Part shown: positions 37,603-45,645 of the stretch, one piece after another
Layout of the letters: every line of letters begins with the position of its first letter
Numbering within the stretch: the stretch's first letter is position 1
The notes under the pieces: model-generated
Databases searched by the model: none
Seen by the model: the letters and a program-made list of their open reading frames with translations, nothing else
Told to the model about the DNA's origin: nothing
Program-made: the position numbers and the translations under genes
From: a virus
Taxonomy: Duplodnaviria; Caudoviricetes
Virus record (IMG/VR): IMGVR_UViG_3300028887_000114
Coordinates: 6,588 to 70,587 of that record
Strand: one strand, 5' to 3'
Length of the DNA stretch: 64,000 nucleotides

Positions 37603-38103
37603 TTATTTTTTAAGAAAATTGTCATAAAGTAATGCAACTTCTCTTTGATTTTTTGGTTGTTCTTGCTTAACAATCTTTTTTGGTTTTTTCTTTTTATTAG
37701 GTGCAAATAACATGAAGAAATGTTCAAAACAAAAACTAATAAGCAAGAAGAAATTTTTACACAAATAATATACAATAATAAACGGGAAGCAAAGGAAAAT
37801 AGAACCACTAAAGAAGAAAAATGCCCAATAATAACAAATAACTACAAATCTTTCATCATCGTTAACTTTATAACGTGAATCAGAAAAAAGTGCAAATAAA
37901 CCAAAAATAACAGCAAGAATAGTAAATATTGCTGCAATCTTTCCAGCAGTTGAAAAATGTAATTCAGAATTAGTTGCAATAATCAAAACTGGAAAAATAC
38001 AAAAAGCTAAAATTACACAAGAAAATGTTGCTAATACACATCCTAAGTCATTAAAATGACCTTTCATAATTGATTTATTTGTATCTTTAAGTAATTTAAG
38101 CAT
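37603..38103 (-). CDS. multi-TM membrane protein (tandem family)
   Basis: Three TM segments; ends 'VALLYDNFL'. Confidence 0.7.
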   Translation of the reverse strand: MLKLLKDTNKSIMKGHFNDLGCVLATFSCVILAFCIFPVLIIATNSELHFSTAGKIAAIFTILAVIFGLFALFSDSRYKVNDDERFVVICYYWAFFFFSGSIFLCFPFIIVYYLCKNFFLLISFCFEHFFMLFAPNKKKKPKKIVKQEQPKNQREVALLYDNFLKK

Positions 38104-38294
38104 TATGGATTTTCTCCTTTAATAAATTTATCCATTAATTCTAAAAATTTATCTTCTTCCATAAAAAATGGATCTTGTCCATACCAATCGAAGAAGTTAA
38201 ACATAAACTGTCCAAATCTCCAACTTGGAAAATTGGTTTTATGGACAGTTTTAAGTTTATCATAAAAGTCATCAAGCCGATTAGGATCTCGCAT
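38103..38294 (-). CDS. small hypothetical phage protein
   Basis: 'MRDPNRLD...PSWRFGQF...DPFFMEED'; translationally coupled on both sides. Confidence 0.7.
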   Translation of the reverse strand: MRDPNRLDDFYDKLKTVHKTNFPSWRFGQFMFNFFDWYGQDPFFMEEDKFLELMDKFIKGENP

Positions 38295-38908
38295 TAATAA
38301 CCTCTACATTTTTCACGAATAATAAATGTAAAAGCATCATTAATAGGATCAGACTTTCTAGTAGTTCTAACCGAAACAGGCTGAACTTTAGGTTGCTGTG
38401 TAGCAGTAACAATAGGACGTTGCGTCTGAACAGCTAATTCTCTAATAAGTCCAGTAGCTTCATGATAACTGGTCCAAAGATCCTTAGGTGTTTTTTGCTG
38501 AGTAGCCTCAGACTTAACTACTGTTACATTACCATAATACGGTTTAAAGTCACTAAACAAATCCTGTTCCTCGATATACTTATCATATTGCTTATCAAAT
38601 GTATCAGCATTATCGAGAATAGAAGGTTTGCCAGTTCCAAGGAACCGATTGAGCTTATACCATACTTCCGGCAATTTCTTATTATACTTATTTACAAATT
38701 CATCTTCCCTTTTCTTTTTAGAAGTCCATTGAGCGATGAAAGCAGATAGAGTATTAATAATTAAACCGATGAACATCATTGGTGCCAATAAAAGGCAAGC
38801 AATTGGATGATCTTCAGAAGCGTCAATCATTTTTCGTTCTTTTAAAAAACGAATTATGATACGGCAACCAACGTATGAAGCAAAATAGATTAGAATTAAT
38901 TTAAGCAT
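38294..38908 (-). CDS. membrane-anchored hypothetical protein
   Basis: Two N-terminal hydrophobic segments; promoter at 38941-38969. Confidence 0.65.
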   Translation of the reverse strand: MLKLILIYFASYVGCRIIIRFLKERKMIDASEDHPIACLLLAPMMFIGLIINTLSAFIAQWTSKKKREDEFVNKYNKKLPEVWYKLNRFLGTGKPSILDNADTFDKQYDKYIEEQDLFSDFKPYYGNVTVVKSEATQQKTPKDLWTSYHEATGLIRELAVQTQRPIVTATQQPKVQPVSVRTTRKSDPINDAFTFIIREKCRGY

Positions 38909-39005
38909 TTTATTATCCTTTTTATTGTTTTACTTAATATAATATAGAAAAAAGAACCACTTTTGTAAATGGTTCTTTTTATAAATTATTTGTAAAATAT
39001 TATTA

Positions 39006-40229
39006 TTAGTGTTCGACACGCCACTTGATAGCGCCCTTCAGATTCTGATGATATTCTTCATTCTTACCCATGAACTTACCATCATCGTCAGAGACCTTAC
39101 AAACTGGAATGCCGTTAACTTCTGTCAACTTGATGACCTGGTTCATTGGATCAAACCAGCCAGTATCATTAAGCAACCAAGTACCGATACCGAATGCAAC
39201 CTTGCAGCGAAGAGCAAATCTGTCATGAATTACTTGTGCTTTATCGAAGTTCAAGCTATCACTAAACAAAAGTGTCTTGTTTGCATATGGAACGCCAATC
39301 TTCATATAATGTGCAAGCATCTTTTCACCCCAAACAATCGGATCTGCGGAGTCATGTCTAACACCGCTGAAAAGATTTGCATAAGTTTCAGTAAAGTCCT
39401 TCAAGAAGCAGTCTGTAGTAATACAGTCAGTAAGGTAAATACCGTTTTTAGTTCCGTATTCCTTAATCCAGTGCTTCATCATGTAAAGGTTAGAATATGC
39501 TGGATTGTGCTGAGGCAAGCCCTGTCCAACAAGTTCGATAGCTTCGTGTGCCATAGTTCCAACCGGCTTTGTGCCAAGCAAGAAACTGAAGTAAACGTTG
39601 GAAGTACCAACAAAGTTTGTGCCATTGAACTTGAACTGACTAATGTAACGAAGTGCCCATTCCTGGAATTCCTTACAGAATCTACGTCTTGTACCGAATT
39701 CAGAGAAAGCACCAATCTTGATTTCGCCTTTAAGAAGCTTGTCAACCTTTGCGATAAAGCGTTGCTTTGCATCTTCGATAATCTGCTTTTGCTGTTCTTC
39801 AGTATATGTCATTCTGAACCAAACTTCAGAAACAATAGACATAACCGGAACTTCATGATAAGAAACGTCAACATTGTAACCACGGAACTTAATATCCGGT
39901 TGCTGAAGTTTTTCATCATATGTACAGATAATTTCATCTCTGTCAATCGTATATCTCTTGAGGAACCGAACATAGTCGTTCTTCATGAAATCAATCAACT
40001 GGAAATGTTCAAGTTCCCATGGTGTATAACGAAGCTTAGAATAGAGATCAATCTGATAATTGATTTCGTCAATCATTTCCTTCGTAAACTTACGACCTGG
40101 GTCTCTGTTCTTGTAAGTCCATTCAACATACATGTCATGGAACTGGTGAACAAACATTTGACCCATTGTATACTTATAAAAATCGTTGTCGGTCAAATGC
40201 GTGATAATTTGTGGTAAATGCTTTGCCAT
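39006..40229 (-). CDS. pncB: nicotinate phosphoribosyltransferase
   Basis: 'TDNDFYKYTM', 'EFGTRRRF', 'GTSNV', 'GTMAHE', 'GVRHDSADP', 'FSDSL', 'FGIGT', 'KVSDDDGK'. Confidence 0.95.
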   Translation of the reverse strand: MAKHLPQIITHLTDNDFYKYTMGQMFVHQFHDMYVEWTYKNRDPGRKFTKEMIDEINYQIDLYSKLRYTPWELEHFQLIDFMKNDYVRFLKRYTIDRDEIICTYDEKLQQPDIKFRGYNVDVSYHEVPVMSIVSEVWFRMTYTEEQQKQIIEDAKQRFIAKVDKLLKGEIKIGAFSEFGTRRRFCKEFQEWALRYISQFKFNGTNFVGTSNVYFSFLLGTKPVGTMAHEAIELVGQGLPQHNPAYSNLYMMKHWIKEYGTKNGIYLTDCITTDCFLKDFTETYANLFSGVRHDSADPIVWGEKMLAHYMKIGVPYANKTLLFSDSLNFDKAQVIHDRFALRCKVAFGIGTWLLNDTGWFDPMNQVIKLTEVNGIPVCKVSDDDGKFMGKNEEYHQNLKGAIKWRVEH

Positions 40230-40249
40230 TTTTGTATTTCCTTTAAAAA

Positions 40250-40606
40250 TTATTCAAAATATCCTTTGAGTTTATCAACATAGAAATTCAGCGGCTTATC
40301 TTCCTTATCCGCATTTTCCATGCATACATCATAAAGTTTCTGGTCAAAATACTTTGACTTCTTCTTGAAAACCATTTCATATAAGTCATTGAACATCTTA
40401 TAACGATGTTGCATACCTGAGTCAGCGACTTTTTCTGCCTTGACGATATGATAATCAAATGTACGTGCTAAAGCCTTCTGATCAGCCTTATGGATATATT
40501 GTGCACTTACTTCATACTGACCAGATGCAAGAAGCCTGCCAATATCTGAAACATATTTGTTACTAGGTGGGAAAAGTTTTAAAAGAAATTTCATTTTAGT
40601 CTCCAT
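40250..40606 (-). CDS. hypothetical protein
   Basis: First gene after the promoter at 40622-40650. Confidence 0.65.
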   Translation of the reverse strand: METKMKFLLKLFPPSNKYVSDIGRLLASGQYEVSAQYIHKADQKALARTFDYHIVKAEKVADSGMQHRYKMFNDLYEMVFKKKSKYFDQKLYDVCMENADKEDKPLNFYVDKLKGYFE

Positions 40607-40653
40607 TATTATTTTTATACAAATATAGTAAAAATAACCATTTTTGTAAATGG

Positions 40654-40872
40654 TTATTCTTTAATATTAATTTTGATTTGTGTTGCTAATGTTCTAATGA
40701 CAATATCTACATTTTCCCTAGTAACAGGTTTGTGTAGTTTTTTAACTACATCTTCTGCTAGGGTATAAATCTGCTGTTCAGTCGCACCATCTGCAACTGT
40801 TAGCAAATCGGTCCAAATGTTTGTAAGATCATTTAGACCATCTGTATTATATTTGTCAGGAATATTAGGCAT
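40654..40872 (-). CDS. small hypothetical protein (start uncertain)
   Basis: ATG overlaps the pncA stop; MPNIPDKYNT... Confidence 0.5.
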   Translation of the reverse strand: MPNIPDKYNTDGLNDLTNIWTDLLTVADGATEQQIYTLAEDVVKKLHKPVTRENVDIVIRTLATQIKINIKE

Positions 40873-41452
40873 TGATAACATCAATCTGTTGACGTTGGAG
40901 GCAAAGAATTGCAGCCTTCTGACCAGCTTCATCAAGGTCAGCAATGCAGCTTGCATCGACAGTAATCTTCATGTTCGGGAAAGCAGCTCTTAAAATAACC
41001 GCATTTGCAAGAACACAGATTGTACTTACAAAACCCCAAATTTCGATTTCATCGAATTCAATTCCAAGTTTTCTAATATAATCCGGAAGATCAAGCTTAC
41101 CGAATGTATACTTATCTACAGAGAAGAAATTATGCTTACCATCTTGGTTCTTCTTTTCAAGTTCTGCAAGAATAGTTGCTTCAATTTCCCAACCTGGAGT
41201 AAGCTTGATACAGTGTGGAACTGGAAGCTTTTGACCTTCCAAAGTTTCTTCATACGGCTTACCTTCAAGTGGAGGCCAACCAGTAGTAACCTGAAACTTA
41301 TTAAAATGAGTATCGTGCGTAGCAATGATAGCACCATCCCAGTGCTTAATCTTGTTAACAATATTAGGAACCTTTGCTTGTGCGAATTTGTTTTCAAGTG
41401 CGCCAGTGATAAAATCTACTTGTGCATCAACTAAAATACCGAGTTTTGCCAT
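40865..41452 (-). CDS. pncA: nicotinamidase (isochorismatase-like family)
   Basis: 'VDAQVDFITGAL', 'THDTH', 'HC...GWEI', 'KYTFG', 'GFVSTICV' (Asp-Lys-Cys triad, metal-binding His). Confidence 0.88.
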   Translation of the reverse strand: MAKLGILVDAQVDFITGALENKFAQAKVPNIVNKIKHWDGAIIATHDTHFNKFQVTTGWPPLEGKPYEETLEGQKLPVPHCIKLTPGWEIEATILAELEKKNQDGKHNFFSVDKYTFGKLDLPDYIRKLGIEFDEIEIWGFVSTICVLANAVILRAAFPNMKITVDASCIADLDEAGQKAAILCLQRQQIDVINA

Positions 41453-41476
41453 TGTTTTATCCTCTTTTAATAAAAT

Positions 41477-42121
41477 CTATTTATTTTCTGTTTCTTTATA
41501 AAGTTTCAAGAATTCTCTCGAAATAAAATTTGTGTGAATACGTTTTTCTTCAAAAGGTTTATCCTGACCGTGAACTGCAACATGCATATTATATGCTAAT
41601 CTACGCATACATTGTAAACCTTCTTTATCATGTTCAAGTTCTTCTGGAAAATCTCCATGCACTTCATTCCAATACTGACTTCCTACGACAGTCATGGAAT
41701 GCATGAGAAAGTAAGAATTTAAATGTGCAAATGCTAGTTCATTTCCTGCTCGTCTCGAAACGGTTATTCCTGCTGCATACTTATTACGCATAACAGCTGC
41801 TGCAGAATAAAATACACGAGACATAAAATTTGCAAGCTGACCAGTAATACCAGCATAGTAAACTGGAGATGCAAAAATAAAACCATCGGCTTTCTGTGCT
41901 TTTTCAATAAATCGATTAACTAAATCATTATCAAAAACACAATGACCAAGTTTCTGGTTTTTACAGGCATTACAACAAATGCAACCGTTCATTTGTGTTC
42001 CTAACCACATATTATCGATTACATTGTCTCCGAGAATTTTAAATTCTTCTTCGACTTCGTGTAATGCCCTAGCAGTACAACCGTCACGGTGTGGACTACC
42101 ATTTACCATTAAGATATTCAT
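41477..42121 (-). CDS. flavodoxin-fold NAD(P)H-dependent FMN reductase / iron-sulfur flavoprotein
   Basis: 'NGSPHRDGCT', 'CICCNAC...C', 'ASPVYYAG', 'RRAG'. Confidence 0.88.
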   Translation of the reverse strand: MNILMVNGSPHRDGCTARALHEVEEEFKILGDNVIDNMWLGTQMNGCICCNACKNQKLGHCVFDNDLVNRFIEKAQKADGFIFASPVYYAGITGQLANFMSRVFYSAAAVMRNKYAAGITVSRRAGNELAFAHLNSYFLMHSMTVVGSQYWNEVHGDFPEELEHDKEGLQCMRRLAYNMHVAVHGQDKPFEEKRIHTNFISREFLKLYKETENK

Positions 42122-43074
42122 TACTTTTCTGCCTCAAGTGCAATCAAAGAATTACCACAAGTAATACGGTCTGCATCTTCTTCATGCGACGGGATGAAAA
42201 CAATAACCTGCCAACCTGCATCAACGAGCGGCTTTTCAAACTTATCGTAAACATCGAAATCAAATTCAGAACTAAAGTTATTTGCTGCTGCAGCTTCAGT
42301 TGCATGGATAGGAGTAATCTTGACAATAAAACGTTCCTTATCAAAATACTTATCCATGAGTGCTGGGTCAAGATTGCACTTACTAGTTACAGCAAAGTTC
42401 AATGTATACTTTCTGCCTGCTGGAGGAGGAAGACGCTTTGCTAAATCCGAAATTTCCTGCAAACTCAACGACTGGTTATTAAACATATCGTTTCTATCAG
42501 CTTCATCAAGCGTATTGATAGAGAATTGAAGACCAATACCACCGTTCCACTTTGCTTCATAACCAAGAGCACACCAGTCTTGTAGGAATGCTTCAAGCTT
42601 CTTGTTGTTATTCGGAAGCATAGTAGAAACAACCGGATGATATTCCTTGAACCAGTTATTGGAAATCATACCAATATCGTGAGCAACCTTAATTACGTTT
42701 AGATTCCAAGTCGGTTCACCCATTCTTGCAAAGTGAACATTAAGTCTTTCACCTTTGGTAATCTTAGAGAACGCAATACCGTTAATGATTTCAGACATCA
42801 ATTCAAAATAAGGAACATTTCCTCTAAATTTGAACTTAGGACAGTCACAGAATTTACAGGATTCAAGACAACCCTTTTGAGTTGATACAGTAACGACCAA
42901 CTTATCTGCTACGTCGACAGGCTTATGAACGACCTTTTCGATTCTTTTGGTATAACCTAAGAAATCTGCCTTAATGTTATTTTCTTTACCATAATCGCCT
43001 ACATAAAGATACTCCAAATTAAGGTCAGTATCAGAAACGATCATGCCAGTATGTGTTTGAGTTATTGTTCTCAT
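42121..43074 (-). CDS. RlmN/Cfr-like radical SAM enzyme
   Basis: 'VSTQKGCLESCKFC', 'FARMGEPTWN', C-terminal 'ITCGNS'. Confidence 0.8.
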   Translation of the reverse strand: MRTITQTHTGMIVSDTDLNLEYLYVGDYGKENNIKADFLGYTKRIEKVVHKPVDVADKLVVTVSTQKGCLESCKFCDCPKFKFRGNVPYFELMSEIINGIAFSKITKGERLNVHFARMGEPTWNLNVIKVAHDIGMISNNWFKEYHPVVSTMLPNNNKKLEAFLQDWCALGYEAKWNGGIGLQFSINTLDEADRNDMFNNQSLSLQEISDLAKRLPPPAGRKYTLNFAVTSKCNLDPALMDKYFDKERFIVKITPIHATEAAAANNFSSEFDFDVYDKFEKPLVDAGWQVIVFIPSHEEDADRITCGNSLIALEAEK

Positions 43075-43087
43075 TTATTATTCTCCA

Positions 43088-43159
43088 TTAAAAAGCGAAT
43101 GCTAAAAATTTAAAAATTTCTTCCCATGTAATGGTAACTAATTCTTCATCTGTAAACAT
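43088..43159 (-). CDS. 23-aa peptide MFTDEELVTITWEEIFKFLAFAF (not in ORF track)
   Basis: GGAG RBS and promoter at 43175-43203; the stop abuts the RBS of the radical SAM gene. Confidence 0.5.
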   Translation of the reverse strand: MFTDEELVTITWEEIFKFLAFAF

Positions 43160-43237
43160 GGTTAATCTCCTTCAAATATAAAAAAATAGACCGCTTTTGT
43201 AAGCGGTCCTTAATTGTTAAATGTGGTAAAAAATTAT

Positions 43238-43315
43238 TTACAATATACTAACAACCACAAACCGCGGTGACGATTTGTATGATGATGAATAGTTGTAAGT
43301 ATTATTGATAAACAT
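43238..43315 (-). CDS. 25-aa peptide MFINNTYNYSSSYKSSPRFVVVSIL (not in ORF track)
   Basis: GAGG RBS 6 nt upstream; fills an otherwise empty intergenic gap. Confidence 0.35.
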   Translation of the reverse strand: MFINNTYNYSSSYKSSPRFVVVSIL

Positions 43316-43341
43316 TTGTTTCCTCTGTCTTATATATAATT

Positions 43342-43830
43342 TTATTTTTCGTTATTTTGCAAAATTTCCTCAAGCTTATGTAATACTTCTTTATATGTCG
43401 TATAAAGAATAGCATTGCTTCCAGCTTTTACGAAATCATCGCAATTTTCTGGTTTATCGTCGATTAATAAACGATTTGGTTTTGCATGTTCGACTTTATG
43501 GAAAGAACGGTCACAAATAATAACATTTTCCTGATTTATTTCAGGACAGTTACATTCTAGCCAATATCTTTTTCCTCTTTTACCAGAATTAAAATAAATT
43601 GCAGAAAGAATACCAAGCTTAAAATTATACTTTTTCTGTAATTCAAGCACACCGAGATAAAGATCATGTCCTTCTACCAGCCATGGCATATCAATCCAGA
43701 ACTTGGCACCGATTTTATGAATCTTATCCCAATTCGCTTTACCCGTCTGTTTTCGGGCGTTGTAAAAATCGACCTGATAATCCCAGTTCGTTAATACACC
43801 GTCCATATCTAAATAAATTTCATTAATCAT
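43342..43830 (-). CDS. HAD-family 5'(3')-deoxyribonucleotidase-like protein
   Basis: 'IYLDMDGVL', 'GKRYWL', 'LLIDDKPEN'. Confidence 0.85.
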   Translation of the reverse strand: MINEIYLDMDGVLTNWDYQVDFYNARKQTGKANWDKIHKIGAKFWIDMPWLVEGHDLYLGVLELQKKYNFKLGILSAIYFNSGKRGKRYWLECNCPEINQENVIICDRSFHKVEHAKPNRLLIDDKPENCDDFVKAGSNAILYTTYKEVLHKLEEILQNNEK

Positions 43831-44822
43831 AGTGTAGAAATGTTTAAAAGTTCAGAAATTGTTTCTTGTCCAGTTATTTTATGGAAGTTTTCTCTAGGCA
43901 TATCTACAGAAATGCTTACTTCCATTTTTGGCAAATCTATGTAAATGTCAGGAACGATGATATTGCCAACAGTATCACGTTTCTTAATTCCTTCAATATT
44001 ATAAATTGATGTTGATGGAACGTCAAACAAATGTAATACTCTTGCAGGATTAACTTGTTTAAGACCAAGAATATCAAAATTTATAATCTTGCACATACTA
44101 TGCAATGCTGGAATTTTCTTTTGTAACCATGAAATATTCTTTTCAATCGGTTTCTTATACTTTTCGAAAAGTTCTGCACCACGACCGGTATTTTTAAAAC
44201 CTTGAATCAAAACTCTTCTTCCTTGTAAAGCAGGCAGGTCATGCTTATTAAGAATTCCAGCAATTACATGTATAACGACTCTATCTCCAAGTTTATCAAT
44301 GAATTTAAAATCTTCCTTGCAATGTGCGTCATGCAATGTAATTCCAAGACCATAAATGAGCTGTTCATCGATTAATTTCTTAATAAGGTCTTTATTTTCC
44401 TTAATATGAACTTGATTAATATTAAGGTTAGTAATAATTCCTCTTGCCTTAAGAATTTCCAGAATAGTTATAAGCTGTGGATGTGCTAAAGGATTTCCAC
44501 CAGTAATATTAACTTCAAGACCAGGATAGAAAGAATTAATCATAGGCAACAGTTTTGACAAATCTGCATGTTTTGTTGCACTGTTACTTCCTTCTGAACA
44601 GAACTGACAACCTGCATTACAGAAATCTGTAATTTTTATAGTTATATTCTCTGGCATTTCATAAATGAAATTTTCAGAATCAGTTTCAACCCAACGGCTA
44701 ATTCTTTTGCCATCGTTTGCTGTTTCGCTAATATAGTAACCAGTTTCTTTGACTTTCGTACCATCAGTATAAATAGTGGTGCGATGATTGCCATTTATAT
44801 AACTACTTATAATATTATTCAT
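43827..44822 (-). CDS. radical SAM protein
   Basis: 'KITDFCNAGCQFCSE', 'ITGGNPL'. Confidence 0.85.
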   Translation of the reverse strand: MNNIISSYINGNHRTTIYTDGTKVKETGYYISETANDGKRISRWVETDSENFIYEMPENITIKITDFCNAGCQFCSEGSNSATKHADLSKLLPMINSFYPGLEVNITGGNPLAHPQLITILEILKARGIITNLNINQVHIKENKDLIKKLIDEQLIYGLGITLHDAHCKEDFKFIDKLGDRVVIHVIAGILNKHDLPALQGRRVLIQGFKNTGRGAELFEKYKKPIEKNISWLQKKIPALHSMCKIINFDILGLKQVNPARVLHLFDVPSTSIYNIEGIKKRDTVGNIIVPDIYIDLPKMEVSISVDMPRENFHKITGQETISELLNISTL

Positions 44823-44844
44823 AAAAATACCTTATTTTAATTCA

Positions 44845-44882
44845 AATATAGTAAAAATAATTTAATCTGTAAACTATAAATA
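44845..44882. promoter_or_regulatory. back-to-back early (minus) and late (plus) promoters
   Basis: TTTACA-17-TATATT at 44845-44873 (minus); TATAAATA at 44875-44882 (plus). Confidence 0.7.
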
Positions 44883-44912
44883 ATATAAAATGATAAAAAA
44901 TTTGAGGATTTT

Positions 44913-45560
44913 ATGATAGACTTTTTAAACGAATCATTATATTTGGGCGATGATGTTGAAGATTACGACAACAGAAATAAAGCCAAGGGTTCTGTTACAT
45001 TCCGTAGTTTCATTATGACAGAAGCTGCAGATGAAGCATATAACCAGAGAATTACAAATAAGATTTGCACAGAAATTCGTGATATTATGGGCGATATTTA
45101 TATTGCATCACCTTCTGGCACTCGTTCTGCAAATAAGATTAGACTTATTCGTAAAGGCGGTGGCGGTGCATATCAGTTCGAATTGAAGATTAATACTGAT
45201 GGAACTATCAGTGTAAATGATAATAGCCAAGCTAGAGGTTTCATTAAGACATTAAAGGATGGTTCTAAGAAATTTATCTTGTTAAATGCTAATGAATTCT
45301 ATAGAACAAGCAGAACGAATGATGCTGGTGTTAATGAACTTGTTGAATGGTTAACAGATAATTACGATAAGTATGAACCAGCAAATGCTGCAGCAAGAGA
45401 CAGAAGAAACGGTATTACAACCGCAGCACGCACGTCTGCCGCAATGCCAGCAAGAAGATCTTCAGGACCAAGACGCACGACTGAAATTTCAAGAAGACAT
45501 GGAATTACAAGCGTTGCTGATTTCTTGAGAAATGGCGGTAATATTAGAGATTTAATCTAA
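44913..45560 (+). CDS. late hypothetical protein with Arg-rich tail (candidate internal head protein)
   Basis: Starts MIDFLNE; late promoter. Confidence 0.7.
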   Translation: MIDFLNESLYLGDDVEDYDNRNKAKGSVTFRSFIMTEAADEAYNQRITNKICTEIRDIMGDIYIASPSGTRSANKIRLIRKGGGGAYQFELKINTDGTISVNDNSQARGFIKTLKDGSKKFILLNANEFYRTSRTNDAGVNELVEWLTDNYDKYEPANAAARDRRNGITTAARTSAAMPARRSSGPRRTTEISRRHGITSVADFLRNGGNIRDLI

Positions 45561-45577
45561 TATAAAATACAGATTTG

Positions 45578-45617
45578 AAAAAACCAGTCAGTAATGGCTG
45601 GTTTTTTATTATAAATA
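45578..45617 (+). terminator. terminator followed directly by late promoter TATAAATA (45610-45617)
   Basis: AAAAACCAGTC-agtaat-GGCTGGTTTTTT. Confidence 0.75.
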
Positions 45618-45645
45618 ATATAAAGAAAATTAATTGAGAGGAAAT

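Noticed and set aside
39009-40217. 402-aa antisense ORF over pncB (also 24607-25584, 9807-10802, 33191-33739, 50391-51122)
   Set aside because: Codon-aligned shadows of real genes that avoid TTA/CTA/TCA; no RBS or promoter, and the translations are not protein-like
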